Of a DNA stretch of 64,000 bases, positions 1 to 13,345 are shown one piece after another. Source of the stretch: Lingula anatina (lineage: Eukaryota; Animalia; Brachiopoda). The stretch's first letter is position 1. Each line of letters starts with the position of its first letter. The DNA is taken from NCBI GenBank assembly GCA_051362555.1, contig JBPQGU010000016.1, forward strand, positions 1,984,001 to 2,048,000, written 5' to 3'. The notes beneath the pieces are model-generated. The model worked only from the letters and a program-made list of their open reading frames with translations. It ran no database searches and was not told where the DNA came from. Both the position numbers and the translations under genes were made by a program.

Positions 1-1816
1 TGTTTAGCAAGTCCAGTCTAAAGTAGGTAACAAAAACTTAAGCAATGGCTTATTCATCGTGCTCAGTTTTTTGAAACAGCGAGCAATTGCGTTAAGGCAG
101 AGGATTGCATTCAAGCGGCTCTGTAGCTATGTGACTGCTGTGCGTTCCTCTGTTATACCTGCGTCAAGACAACGCTGATACATGTATTGTCTCTTCACCG
201 AAATCAACGTTAGCGTTAAATACAGCAATTACACCAATTAAGCAATTAAGTTAACACGTTTTTAACACGTACCTGTCCAGTTGAGAGTCAGAGGGTCGGG
301 GTGTCTGGTCGTAGTCAGTGAAACAGGGTGACCACTGGCCTAGTTATTGACGCCGTTCACACAACACAATACAATGCCGCTTGGGTGGAGTCAGTGAAAA
401 GTAAGCATGTATGAAGGGACTGCAGTTTACACATGTGCTTAAAACCCGGCGTTCAGGTTACTCGCTGTGTGTACACTCTCCTGTGTCCTCCTTCTACGTT
501 AACTTTTTTATACAACAGAAAACCAATTATATCAGATTCTGTATAAGTGCTATATACATATATATATATTGTCTCAGACCTTAAAATTTGGACAGCGACT
601 GCTTTATAACCCTATACCTAATTTTTTATGTTTTTGTCTCTGCAAATATCTTTACGTTTCGTGACTTAAATGATTCACAACCTAAACATGATTTTTAAAG
701 AAAAATATTAACATTTCAAAGGGGTGAACGTCGACAATGATCAGGCTCAAGTCTCCTATTAAATATTTACATGCATATTCATTGTAAAGGGATATTTTGC
801 GAGGTGCTTACCTAAATAAAATGGAATGCTGGACGGGGAGCTAACACAAAGGGCGGTAATATAAGCGGCGGAGTTTACCCACAACTTGTAGGCCTACACT
901 CTCTAAAAGAGGCTATGACTTCGCATAACTCATTATGTGACGAAGTAGACCAAATGGATAGAAATATAATCATTATCAAAAAATCAGCCCCAAATATTTT
1001 TTTTAGCATTCTGTCCTGAGGTGACACAAGCATTAAAATATTTTCGAATAGGGAAACATTGATTGTTATTATTTTTTAACTTAATTTTTATTTTTTGAAA
1101 TATACACAGCACAGAAATAAATAAATAAATGCATGGTGGTATCTGGAAAGTTAAGACAAGCGTTGACGAGGGGGAGGGGAACGCCATTCAAACTATTGCG
1201 AAACAGCGAATAAGAAGGGGGGGGGATACATGAAGTCTTTTCTAATAATTGCTTGCTTCATAATGAATCTCAATTGAAATGATTGCGAAATTGCAGTTAA
1301 CAGTACATTCTCATATAGCATACTTAGTCTTTTCACGAACAGGAAATTTTCGACGCTTACAAACCATTTTAATGCTTAAATGCGTTGAACCATTACCCTT
1401 TTCATTGTCTTTTCATTATTGAAAGTATGAATCACGTCATGATCAGTCACGACTCTTATTTTGAGAAAAAATGTTGAGAGTTTAAACAGTTTAACAGTGT
1501 AAATAAAGCCAGAGAATCGCAAAGTGCGTTGTGCACTTTGACAAATTGCCCTGGACTCTCTCTCGGATACGAGCACGTACACATACAGAGACAGGAAGCC
1601 ATACATGTAGGTACACATGTTAATTTTCTGTCTATGGCGCCATGTTTTAGAATAGAACAGAATATCATCATATCATATCATATCTCAAGGTTCTTCTCGT
1701 TCTTTCTTTCATAATATGAGAAGTCATGTACCAGTGTGTACGATTAAGGGTATTTAATTGTTTAAAGGTGTTTAAAACGCTTGTATGAACGTTTTCTTCA
1801 ATAAATAAATAAATAT

Positions 1817-1859
<43 letters not shown>

Positions 1860-1958
1860 AAAAGGAGAAGTTTAAAATTAGAATTATATTAAACTTAAAA
1901 TAAAACTAATAAATAGCTGTATTCGAACAGCAAAATCTTCAAACTAAAAAAAAAAAAC

Positions 1959-2020
<62 letters not shown>

Positions 2021-2095
2021 CAGAAAACTATTATATACCGGGGTACATCTATACAATCGAAACCGTTTGTTTGTTGAAACGTTTCCTTTGCACAT

Positions 2096-2344
2096 CAGTG
2101 GCAGATTTAGAGGGGGGAAGGTGGGGTTTAGGGGGGTCCTGACCCCCTTTCGATTTCTGAAAAAAGCGGAAACGGATGGACTCCTCTTGAAATTAGAATT
2201 TTGACTAGCTGAATCATAGTGCTAACCCGTACTAAATGGCACCGTTCGCCCTCTAAAATACCAAAACCCACGCCAAGGGGATGGGAAAGATCAGCTTCCC
2301 ATCGGCTGACACCCCCCCTTCAAATAATCCTTAATCCGCCCCTG
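2096..2344. mobile_element. hAT-like non-autonomous element/MITE (CAGTGGCAGAT...ATCCGCCCCTG)
   Basis: Short imperfect terminal inverted repeats; the internal segment AAATGGCACCGTTCGCCCTCTAAAATACC recurs at ~25620 and ~48180. TSD not clearly seen. Confidence 0.55.
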
Positions 2345-2785
2345 CACGCTATACTTTATTTGACGTCATTTTGCACCGGTATATTACTATTTCCAGGGTT
2401 TGAGATTTTTATATGTATACATACTTATGTATGTCTTAAATAACGCAAGCCTAATAAACACCAAGAGACGTCGCCAAGCACACAGCCTAACAAACGCTAG
2501 CGTCAAGTATACCGAGTAAATTTGTATACCCTTTATAAGGCGATCATTCCTATGGCTCGTGACAAAAGTGAACAACTGTCAAACAAGAACAGTAGGTTTG
2601 TTTGGAAAGGTTTCATAAGTTGCACCTGTTTGTGCGTAAAGTTAGTATTCAAATATAAAGGGTACATTTACTAGTTTATGATTCAGCCACAGGAATGTTG
2701 ACCGCGCTGCAGCCTTCGTCCCCCTCTGTTAGAGATTACCGGTATTTCATTTTCATGCATTGGCCCGAATGGATGTATATTGTAC

Positions 2786-2788
<3 letters not shown>

Positions 2789-2828
<40 letters not shown>

Positions 2829-2908
2829 TGTAGAATATTGGCTGTGAATGTGTTTGTATATTGATGTACATGTGTGTGTGTGTGCTTGTGTGCGCGCGTG
2901 AGTGTGTA

Positions 2909-2956
<48 letters not shown>
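2789..2956. repeat. (GA)n/(GT)n microsatellites, representative of many SSRs in the window (also ~1817-2017, 3628-3692, 5133-5252, 9726-9785, 16034-16103, 25874-25941, 27257-27325)
   Basis: Directly visible di- and tri-nucleotide runs; they account for many low-complexity ORFs in the track. Confidence 0.95.
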
Positions 2957-2957
<1 letters not shown>

Positions 2958-3628
2958 CAGACATTTTCTCGGTGATCTTTTATTTACAATACATTATTCA
3001 ATCTCACGTTAAACTAAGACCCCAACCAATGACAATACAATACTTCGGATCGAACATATAAATATCGGTATAAAAGTAAAAAAAAATTAGGACATACGAG
3101 GCGGGAGCACTTTATGCCTTTATCCTACCGTTTCTACATGTAATTCATTATTTTAATTTTTATCGATCTTTTTAATTTTAATTTATCAATCATCAGAACA
3201 AAAAGAATGCTTATAATGAAATTATGTTGATTAAAATCAATAATAATAAGAAGATCAACAACAACAACAATAATAATAATGATAATGTTATTTTGTTCTG
3301 TTTGTTTATGCATTTTTATTTATCTATTTTCCTCTGTAGTGGGCCCCTATTTTCACAATTGTGTTAGGTGGGACACATCTCACCTAGCACAGCTGACATT
3401 ATTGTGGTCGTTATCTGGTAATAATTCCATGTCCTGAAATCATGTGTATAATGTTTGTGATTGTGTGAATACGTGTTTTTATGTTTTTTTTTTGTACGCC
3501 TTGTGAATGAATTGAATTGTGTGTGTAAATGTGTCAGTATGTATGTATGTGCGTGTGCTAAAGTGAGAGTATGAAGCATAGCGAATGTGCATTTTAATGT
3601 TAAAACACGCCTTTAGTCTTACGTAGGC

Positions 3629-3673
<45 letters not shown>

Positions 3674-4380
3674 TTATTATTATTATTATTATTAATTGTG
3701 TGTGTATGAATGTGTGTGTGTGCTCTCGGACGTGCGTTGAAATGTGTTTACACTTTGTCAGTAACAAGAACCTGGTTAGCCTCATTCCCTGATGAAGATG
3801 TTATGTAAGACATCGAAATACTGGAAGTAAACTATTTCAGTATTAAGCTGTTGACTGAAGAAAAATGTTACTTTATTTTAAAGTTTGCACATACCAACAA
3901 CTTTCCCATCAAAGAATATCTTATAAACGATTCAATGAAGAGAAGATGGTGATGGCATCCATGTACCACTGAGATGAACACTACAAAAACAGTTAACAAA
4001 AATTTCAGCACATAGATGGCGCCTTTGTAGGTCTAATGCACGAATTTGAGTCTACTTCCACACTTAAGAACGTTCGGCCATATCTGTTTCGCAGGAGGGT
4101 TGAGTTGTGGCCATGACTTCTAGAGACTAAATCCCCAGAACACGGGTTCTTCTTAGAGGGACAGGGCCTTGTCAGTTAGTGCCGCGGTCAAGAAGGCTGG
4201 CCAAGAAGATTCGTCCAGCAGTGGACTGTGAGACACATGCTCAACCCCTCGACCCCCTGCCTCGAAACCGGCTTTCACACCGATAAAGGACATTTAGGCA
4301 TGTACCTGGCTCTGTAGAGGACAGGTCTTTATAATAATTAAGCAACAGTGAGTAGAAAACGAAAAGTCCAAGAAACCGTA

Positions 4381-5016
4381 ATGAGCAGGAGAATGGCGTA
4401 CCAAAAGCTGGAAGAAACCAGCGTTGCCTGCCCCAGTCTGCAGGACTATAACGTGTTCATAGTGGGGTACAAGGGACACGGCAAGTCAGCCACTATGATG
4501 AACATTATTCGGGACGTAGATTATAAGGGAGCCACGGGGTACAAAATAGAGGAGAGAACGCACGAGAAATGTACATTCTATGATACGCCAGGTTTCGGCT
4601 CACTGGACACAAGGGACTCGCACGTGCTGCGCGTGATAAACGCAAAAGCCAACGCGGTCGGTGAAGTGCACGCTTTGTTATTCGTACTGCGTTATTCGCG
4701 CATCACAAGTTCCGTGATTTCTTTAATACGCCAACTTAAGGACGCATTCGGGCCAGACTACTCCAAACGCACCATCATAGTCTTTACTTTCACTAACCAT
4801 GAAGCCGACTTAAAGTTAGCCGACTATTTGAATGACAGTCCGCCGGAATTTCAGAAATTTGTCGGCTTGTGTGAGGGCAGAGTGATCATGTTGGAAAATT
4901 CTGACTTCCAGACTGGGGAAACTGCTGCCTCCCAAATTGTGGACATGATAACGAACAGGATGCATTCAGAGCCATTGATAGTCCCATGGTCTAGAGTAAG
5001 TAAACTTATTGACTAA
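4381..5016 (+). CDS. AIG1/GIMAP-family GTPase A (211 aa, apparently a single coding exon)
   Basis: ATG at 4381; G1 GYKGHGKS, G3 DTPG, conserved box VHALLFVLRYSRIT, G4-like TFTN, and CEGRVIMLEN. TTTATAA lies ~50 bp upstream. Stops 6 codons earlier than copy 2 (TAA vs GCA). Confidence 0.85.
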   Translation: MSRRMAYQKLEETSVACPSLQDYNVFIVGYKGHGKSATMMNIIRDVDYKGATGYKIEERTHEKCTFYDTPGFGSLDTRDSHVLRVINAKANAVGEVHALLFVLRYSRITSSVISLIRQLKDAFGPDYSKRTIIVFTFTNHEADLKLADYLNDSPPEFQKFVGLCEGRVIMLENSDFQTGETAASQIVDMITNRMHSEPLIVPWSRVSKLID

Positions 5017-5180
5017 TGTCAGCTGTTTAGATAAATAGGAAAGTAAGAAATTACGGAATTAATGTTCAGAAAATAATAATGAATGAATAAATGAAAAATA
5101 AATATGCGAATGAATGCACACTAGTGTGTATCGTGTGTGTGTGCGAGAGAGAGAGAGTGTGTGTGTGTGTGTGTGTGTGA

Positions 5181-5257
<77 letters not shown>

Positions 5258-5478
5258 CGTGGGGGGGGGGCCGGAGAGAATGAGTGAGAGAGGATGGGAG
5301 AGAATGAGAGAGAGAATGAATGAAAGAAAAAAGTACGGTCTGGGCCAGACAACGTTTGAATCGAAGAATGAATGAATGAATGAATAAGCTTACAAAGAAT
5401 TACGATTTATTTATTTCTTTCTCTGTCTCATTCCAGTTGAACGCGTGTTTGTGGGCGTGTCTGGACCTCGTGGTGTTC

Positions 5479-5660
5479 GTGATTTCCAGTTCATGGCAGG
5501 GTCTGTGTCACCTTTACAGGGTCGTAGTTGATTGCTGCGGTGATGTGATTTCCAGTTCATGGCGGGGCCTGTGTCACCTTTACAGGGTCGTAGTTGATTG
5601 CTGCGGTGATGTGATTTCCAGTTCATGGCGGGGCCTGTGTCACCTTTACAGGGTCGTAGT
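5479..5660. repeat. 66-bp minisatellite, ~2.8 copies
   Basis: GATTTCCAGTTCATGGC starts at 5481, 5547 and 5613; the paralogous unit-2 site (~28900-28950) has a single unit. Confidence 0.9.
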
Positions 5661-6529
5661 AGGACGGAGGTGATGGGAAAAATTGGACTGTCTTAACGTT
5701 TTGTATAAAAAATACGTCCTTTAAGAATGACTTTTTTATTAATTTAGTATAAAAAGTAAGAAAGGGGACTGATGTGGGGTGCAGGTTTTCATTTACAAAT
5801 AAATAAATAAATGAATTAATTAATGGCTTGTGCAAGTTGCATTTCCATTTGTATGAATATTGTGTATGTTTCTTGAGAACAGAAAGTAGATAATAATTTT
5901 TCTAGGAACGGTTGTTGTTTATTCAAACTGGATTTTTTCTGTTGGTATTTTAAGTTCCGTTTTATCCAACTAAAAGTACAGGTGTTTCACATTAATAGGC
6001 ATGTGATCGTAATGCGGTCAACCACTTTTTTAAATCTCACATGTACACGTGTAGACTCTAAAAGCAGAAAAATTGTGACATTCAATTGTTGACGTTCACA
6101 TTACATTGTAGCTGCATTTTTAAAGAGGTTAAATGGTGCATGTGGTGAAATATACATGAATAAATGAAATGGAATGAAAATGTCGAATATCGTATTAGTT
6201 TATGAAGCAATTTTGTCTATACCTATTTATCTTTTTTATTTCTTTTTTAATATATCTTGTGTTTTATTTAATTTACCTATTCTTGTTAGCAATTAATTAA
6301 TTTAATGTATCTAAGCGTGTTTGACTTTTTTTACTTTTCTCTGCGTACGCATCGCGTTTTAAACATTTGTTCACATCAGACTAGAAACCGAAATTTAAAA
6401 CAAATATTTGTATCCATCATTTTCACATGCAAAATTGCGGCCCACCTCTTGCTACAAATAGCGCACCTTTACACCCCCATTTTCCGCCCGCTTCTAGCTT
6501 GCAGAGAAACAAATTCCCTGTTTTGAAAA

Positions 6530-7100
6530 ATAATGCATATTAATTTCCTGCTGTTTATATCTCGACTAAATTGTGTGGAAAATTCAATACCATGGCCAGT
6601 TGTTTCGATTATACGAACTATTTTCAAGGTGGGATTTTCTGTATCAACTTTTAGTTTCGATGCATCTTCCTGGAAAACCCGCGTTCCACGTAAAACCTCA
6701 GAAGTGAGTCAGAATGCGGTCAATCACGTTCTGCACCGCTCACTAACAAGTTTAGGCCCAGGAAGTAGAGCATTTCATCAACGGGCTACATTTTTATGCT
6801 CCTCACATATAGAGAAATAATTTCCCCTAACGGCCGATTCGAAAGAAAATGCATATTAATTTCCTGGACTTTCCTGTGGTTATTTCTTGATTAGTTTGTA
6901 CAGAAAGTTCAGACTCGGTTGTTCTTATGAAAAGAGCTTTCTTCAAGGCGGGGTTTTCAGTGTCAACTTTTAGTTTCGATTCATCTTCCTGAAACCCCAC
7001 GTTCCACGTAAAGGGTCAGAATGGAGTCAGAATGCTGTTTATTCTGAACCTCTCATCAACAGGTTTAGGCTCGGGAAGTAGGGCACTTCATCATCGGGTT
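6530..7100. repeat. Local ~320-bp diverged tandem duplication containing a motif cluster (see findings)
   Basis: ATGCATATTAATTTCCTG at ~6533 and ~6849; CAACTTTTAGTTTCGAT at ~6645 and ~6964; GTTCCACGTAAA is also repeated. Confidence 0.8.
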
Positions 7101-7911
7101 ACACGGTACATTGCATTGCAGACACAAATGGGTGTGCCCATAAACTAGCTTAGATTGAAATTTCAATATTACAAAAGAAGCGTAAAGTAAATGTCATTGT
7201 AAAAATCGTTAAAACGCATTAAACGCTGTGTTTTTATTTCTTGATGATCTTTAATGAGCAAAGTCAAGATTATAGAAAGCTGGAGCTATGAACGTGTGTT
7301 TTGACAGCGCCCCTTGCAGAGTAAGGCCAGGAGGACCTGAAGTTCATGAGATAAAGATGTAGGTGTCTCGCCTACATACCATAAATTTTATAGTTATATG
7401 TGCAATGAGGACATAATTTGGTGCCCTTAAAAGGTCAATTAACGATAAATGGATTGAAGTGCCTCGCCTCTTATCGTGGACCGAGGTAGGCACGGCAGTA
7501 GGATGGGGAAAGTGCAAGGTGGGCTGGTTGCAGGAAGGGCTTTTCAGCCAACAAATAACCTTTATCGGGTGCAAGTCTAGGGAAAGGGGAGATAAACTAA
7601 ATAAAAAAACGTGAAAGGGGGGTGGGGGTGCTCGGTCGGAAAACAAATCATTTCACCTTTGTTTGGTGATTTTTCATCAATGATGACGAAGTTTTTAATT
7701 ATACAAGCCATTTTATATTTTTATGTTCGTATCATGTTGATCATAAGTGTCTCTTCAAGTTGTATGGTTATCCAATATAGCTGTTTCTTCGGAAACATTC
7801 AGACACAAGCTGGAAGTTTTACATTGAGTGTGTACACGGCTTCGTAGTCAGAAGTCGAAAATTGCCCTCATTCACTAAATTATAGCTTCTGCAATGTCAT
7901 ATCTACCTCTC

Positions 7912-8085
7912 GGGGCCGTAGCAATAGTCCGAAGGTTCAATAGTCCGAAGGTTCATTGGTCCGAATATTCACTATAGAACCTTCAGACCAATGAACCCTT
8001 GAACAAAAAATTGATGAAAATGTTACCACTTTTCGGACCAATGAACCTTCGGACCAATGAACCTTCGGACTATCGAGACGCCCCC
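7912..8085. mobile_element. Palindromic MITE with 9-bp TSD (Mutator/MULE-like)
   Basis: TSD CTACCTCTC at 7903-7911 and 8086-8094; termini GGGGCCGTAGCAATAGTCCGAAGG / CCTTCGGACTATCGAGACGCCCCC; 15-bp subterminal repeats; absent from the homologous segment at ~50720. Confidence 0.85.
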
Positions 8086-9335
8086 CTACCTCTCATTATA
8101 AGGTTATTTTCGGGGTGTATCAAGAACAGTCAAGGAATCTTGTATTGTGGTGAATTAAACATTGTGCTTCCTATAATCTTAAATTTTCCTGTTAAGGATA
8201 ATCAAAAGCGATATTTATCATGTAATATGTTTTTACTTTATTTATGAAGATATTCACGTAATATTTCTGCCGTAATACTGACATTTCAATCTACCTGGTA
8301 ATGTTTTATTCTTGAAAGTCTAATTTGACCAGGGCCAATATACAATTGACTGAATTTTAATCTGGCCTGCGACATATTAATTTTATCTGTGACCTAGACA
8401 AGCAAGACGGCTGGCGGTTGACCTTGCGCCCTGAGTGATTTGATTACAGTCAGCTGGTTGAGAACGGAACGTCAATATAGAAGAGATTATTTTTAACTCG
8501 ATTACAATGCATAAGCAATGTAGAGTAAATCAATTAAACCGCAAGTCTTGAAAATTACCGAAATGAACTCTGCAAAGCCTGCTGGAGAAGCACGTGATGT
8601 GATGTTTTCCTCTTTCTTTTTACATGCTTTTATCGTTAATATAACCCCTTCCACTCTAAACTTATACACGAAAACTTTCCATCTCTTCCAAGAACTGTTG
8701 ATGTCATTAGTTCTAAATATAACCTTCCCGCTTGGACACGAACGTACTTGAGATATACAGAATTGGGATATTTAACGTTGTTACAGTGCGCTGTATCCTG
8801 GTATTATTTCTTAAATAAAAATATTTTTCTTAACAGTAAGCAGTATTAAAAAACGTCATGTGGGCTTTCTTTTCTCTCCTTCTCTGTCTTTCTCTACTCT
8901 TCTGTTTTACAAGACCTAGTTTCACTTTGAATGGATGCATGAAAACAATTTAATATCAACATGGAAATATGATCAGCGCCGTTGCATTTTTATCAGGCAC
9001 GTTCACTGATACGTTGAAACAATGATGTTTTGACTCACTCCCAGCGCCCGAAGCCCAAACAAAATGCGCCTGGCATTTCAATCTTATTTCAAACTAGCCG
9101 AGAGAGGTCTCTTTATCATATGTCCCTACTATATGGCAGTAACTATTTCACTACTTCCATTTTGATATCAATTATCTTTTATTTAAATTGCAAAAACTCA
9201 GTTTTTGGAATACGTCTTCCTGATGAATATGTTGTTCATGACATTGCACATCTGTAATGTATTCTTTTCAGTTTGGTATTTTAAAAATCCCTGATTCTTA
9301 AGTCGATTTTAACTCAAACAAAAGGGGTTAAGTCT

Positions 9336-9505
9336 TTAAGTAAACGACAATTCTCTCGCTAATTCTTCAGTGGAATAGTTGCTGTCCTTGTCGCCATCTA
9401 TCCCTTCAAAACTAAAAAATCTAAGCAGAGACGACCATCTACTCTGAAAAAAAAAAACAATATTCAAGGTGAAAGGCTCAATCATCATCATCATCATAAT
9501 AATAA

Positions 9506-9536
<31 letters not shown>

Positions 9537-9720
9537 AATTCTGTAACGTCAGTGTCGAGTATACTGACCTTTCACGAGAAAAACATTTTTCAAAGGATTA
9601 TAAGGGAAATTAAAGCAATAAATAAAAGAGAAAACTGACGTGAAATGTAAGTGGACAATTTATAATCCATTCCGAACAGAACTGATATAATACATATTGC
9701 AAAAAAAAAAAAAAAAAAAA

Positions 9721-9789
<69 letters not shown>

Positions 9790-12119
9790 CGTTTCAAAAT
9801 TTAAAGCTTTATGTAAGAATATGGATTCTAATTTCTTGAAAACGTGTATCACTAGCTGGAATGTCTGAATTGTGTGTCATTTTAGTAATTATTAAAATGA
9901 AGCCTACCTCTAATTGGTATACCTTGGTGCACTCTACAATATTTTTAATATAGTCTTGTATGAGTTTAATTTTTGTGTTATTATCGTCATTCTTTGGTTT
10001 ATTGTTTATGACGACAACTCTGTTGTCAGCTTCTTTAACCTTGTCTCTGAAAGTCTCGGGAAATCTCTCAATGAAGTCTTGAGTCAACAGCCCGGGATAT
10101 ATGTCACCATGCGTAAATACAAAGACTGTGCTTTTTAGAAAATCCTCAAATTGAGACTCCAACAGGTTTAAGGTTACGATTTCATAATCTGTGATTCTCT
10201 TACTGCAGTTCATAACGTAAATAAACGCATTCACGTGATCAATACCGTTGGCCTTTCTTTTTATTGTTGTCATAACTTTCTCGTCTGAATATGACAATGA
10301 ACCAAACCCGGGCGTGTCTACTATCCACCATTCCCCCTCGTTCTCAGGGTACCATCGATATGTCTTCTGACAGCAGTCCTTCTTTTCAGACAAATGGTTG
10401 TTACGGGTGAGAGTGCTCACGAGGGCCGTTTTGCCTTGGTTCACACGGCCCACAACCATGACCACTGTTGGCCCTGAAAATGCACAATTACCTCTTAGTC
10501 TCGCTTAATCAGATTGTTATTGAAATGAGACGATTTCATTCGGACTCTGTACAAAGAAAGCAACATTCCTTCTGCAGATCAGTCCGGGAGCCCAGGCCTA
10601 GGACAAAGCAAGAGGCGAATGTATTCACGTCTTATCTGACGGTAAACCAAAAGTCATCAATTTCATTTATCTTTTAAACTTACAATATGAAACAACTTCA
10701 ACGGAATTGTAAAGGATATATTAAGGAGAAACTGTCGGTCACTCTAAGAGTCCAAACTTTCAACAAGGAAAAGGCAGATATTTATATTAAAATAAGTACA
10801 TGTAGAGGAGCTGCCACTTATTTAAATATTCAATTCATAATCTATGCTTTCTCTATATACGAACACCTTATTCTGAATTTTCCTTTGTAAGGATTATTTT
10901 GATATAAATATGTAACCCCCACCCCCGAAAAAATTAACACCGATCAAAACAACCTCCTTTGTTTACCAGAGGATTAAGACTTTATTTATTTAGTACAGTC
11001 TGTTCATATCATAAATAATAATAATAATTATTATCATTATTATTATTAAGTCTATGAAGTTCAGTTTAATTTCAATGTTAAAACTTTTACATATTAAAAA
11101 ATTAAAACAATATACAAAACCGCAGTTGATGCATTCTATTAAAGGGGACATTTTAAATTACACTGATCGTTTTTTACATTAAGGCACGTACACTAACATA
11201 TTTAAAGAAAGCTCTGAGTAATTAAAAAAAATCATTCTTTGACACTATTTGGCATAAACTGAGTGACAGCATGTTCCATTCCACTGGAGCCGACACTTAA
11301 AAAGCTTAGATGTCATACATTGTTAGTCTGTTCATTATCAGGAGGGTCGGAATTAATGTTCACTATATACATGTAGTATCAGTGACAACAGACACGGTCT
11401 AGACATAGCACTTATGTAATCTTCTGTAAACAAATTCGGCTCCAAAGTGTCCATAAATAATATTTACTTATCTTATCTAAATACAGATGGGGTTTATTGT
11501 CCGCTTTTACAACGTGAAAATATATGATAAAACCAAAAATCATTCCCAAGGAGACTGGTGTGTGTTTGTGTTTATGTGTGCGTGTGCGTGTGCGTGTGTG
11601 TGTGTGTTTATGTGTGCGTTTATGTGGGTGCGTTTGTGTGTGCGTGTGTTTAGGTATGTGTGTGTGCGTTTATGTGTGCGTTTATGTACGTGTGTGTGCG
11701 TTTGTTTATGAGTGTGTTTATGTGTGTTTGTGCATTTTTGTGAGCGTTTGTATGTGTGTGTGCGCTCGTGCGTTCATACGTGCGTGTGTGACACACGGTC
11801 GATGGTTTGGCCCTTTGTCCATATAGCTAAATATTTTGTCAACACTACACAAGAGACATACATGTAGCAACCTAGGTCAACGTGTAATAAATCTGGCTAT
11901 ACTCATCTTTTCCAACTTGATCCACAGAAAAACCTATTTGTCTTTCACTTATATAATTGAAATCTACAGTTCCTTGCTAGATATATTACTTTTTTTTTCT
12001 TTTCTTTTTTCCGGGGGTATTTTTTTAGTAGTAGGATTGTAGTAGGATTGTTTGGCAATTCATGCTCAACAAACCGGTGTCCTTTGTTACAGTATAAGAC
12101 CCTTTTCCTTTTGTGAACG

Positions 12120-12162
<43 letters not shown>

Positions 12163-13345
12163 GATCTCTCTTAATTTTAATAAAACGGAATCTTGGCGGC
12201 ATTGAGTTGACATTCTTCACGTCAAGCTCTTCCCCCTTTTTCTATTGAGTGCCATTGTTCTGGGTGCGTGACAAGCTTAAAGGGATAATAACTCTTCGTT
12301 TTAGCCAAAAAAATTATTTTTCCTGGAGTAAACAACAATTTTTCCATACTTACCAATGGTTAATGAATCCATTTTTACATTCAAAGTTAGTCCCTGTTTT
12401 TTTTTTTTTTTTTTTTTCTAAAAAGTTTGTCTTTTTGTTATAATCTCCTAAGAGATTATAACAGAATACAGTCATCAATGGAGGTCACGTGGTCTAAAGA
12501 CAAACTCAGATATCAGAATAATAGCTATAACTGGCGTTTTATAATTTTTTTTTTTTTGGTAAAACAGAATATATTATATGTCTATGAGTTGTTCACAATG
12601 TTTTTTAATTGTGAAATGTAGATCTCATACGAAGAGTTGTTATCCCTTTAAGTTTCTCCACGTTTTAATTTTATTTTTGTCTGCCTTTACATTCAGATAA
12701 GATACCAGTAAACACACCAAAAACAATACATAGAGCACGAGGTTTAGCCACTCTTTTAGGCCCACTAACCAAACAGTAGTTCGCTTAGCCTACCGCAAGG
12801 TTACTTATGCTATTAGGTCTGCTGTAAGAAGCAGCTACATCAGTGCACGGTGGGATCAGGATATGGGGGATATCGCTTGGGGGGTCAAAGATAAAAACGA
12901 ATGCCTCACAAAGTGAAACAGTAAACCACACAATTACATGCATACTATACTATTTATGACACAGGGTTAGGAAATGCACTTGGTTTTGTCTAAGTTCACT
13001 CAAAATAAATTTTAGGGTCATTATTTTATTAAGTGGAGGAGGAAGTGGACAAGTCCATGGGAAGCGAGTAAAAGTCGATGGTATACCTTGCTTTTGTTTA
13101 CAGCTTTGCATGCAGGACAATAACCGCAGGCAAGGGCTCATATCACCGTGTGGTTTAAACACTTGAGAACCTGTTTTTCTTCAGTTGTACCGGTAACACC
13201 TATCATTCATGAAAACCGAGACAAGAGTTCACCATGTAGGCCTACATATTACGTTCCTGTAAATGTGGGGCATTATAGAGATGGAAACCAGGAGAAACAA
13301 GCAGAGGGGAAGATGTTTCTTGTATCACTCACCTTTGGCGGTCAT
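9336..13345 (-). CDS. AIG1/GIMAP-family GTPase B; exons 13333-13345, 9908-10473, 9336-9443 (~228 aa)
   Basis: ATGACCGCCAAAG|gtgagt (phase 1) joins ttttcag|GG; G1 [23 protein letters not shown]|gtaggc donor and tttttcag|AGT acceptor. The last exon keeps frame across a 9-nt indel in copy 2. Exon 1 assignment is inferred. Confidence 0.8.
12281..12647. mobile_element. TTAA-flanked MITE with AGGG...CCCT ends (Kolobok-like) in GIMAP-B intron 1
   Basis: TTAA|AGGGATAATAACTCTTCGT ... ACGAAGAGTTGTTATCCCT|TTAA; empty site in the relic at ~56641 (AAGCTCATGTTTCTCC); family fragments at ~54497-54682 and, inverted, ~54890-55000. Confidence 0.8.

Noticed and set aside
1-1900. Possible gene or promoter at the window start
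   Set aside because: No recognisable ORF, splice pattern or terminal repeat that I can support.
2683-3785. ORFs rich in SL/RE/VC/I/N/K runs here and elsewhere (5059-5375, 11487-11826, 25736-25978, 27172-27425)
   Set aside because: Translations of microsatellites.
5479-5660. Repeats as a CRISPR array, and ORFs 5380-5673 / 5411-5626
   Set aside because: Contiguous 66-bp units with no unique spacers in eukaryotic DNA; the ORFs are by-products of a unit length divisible by three.
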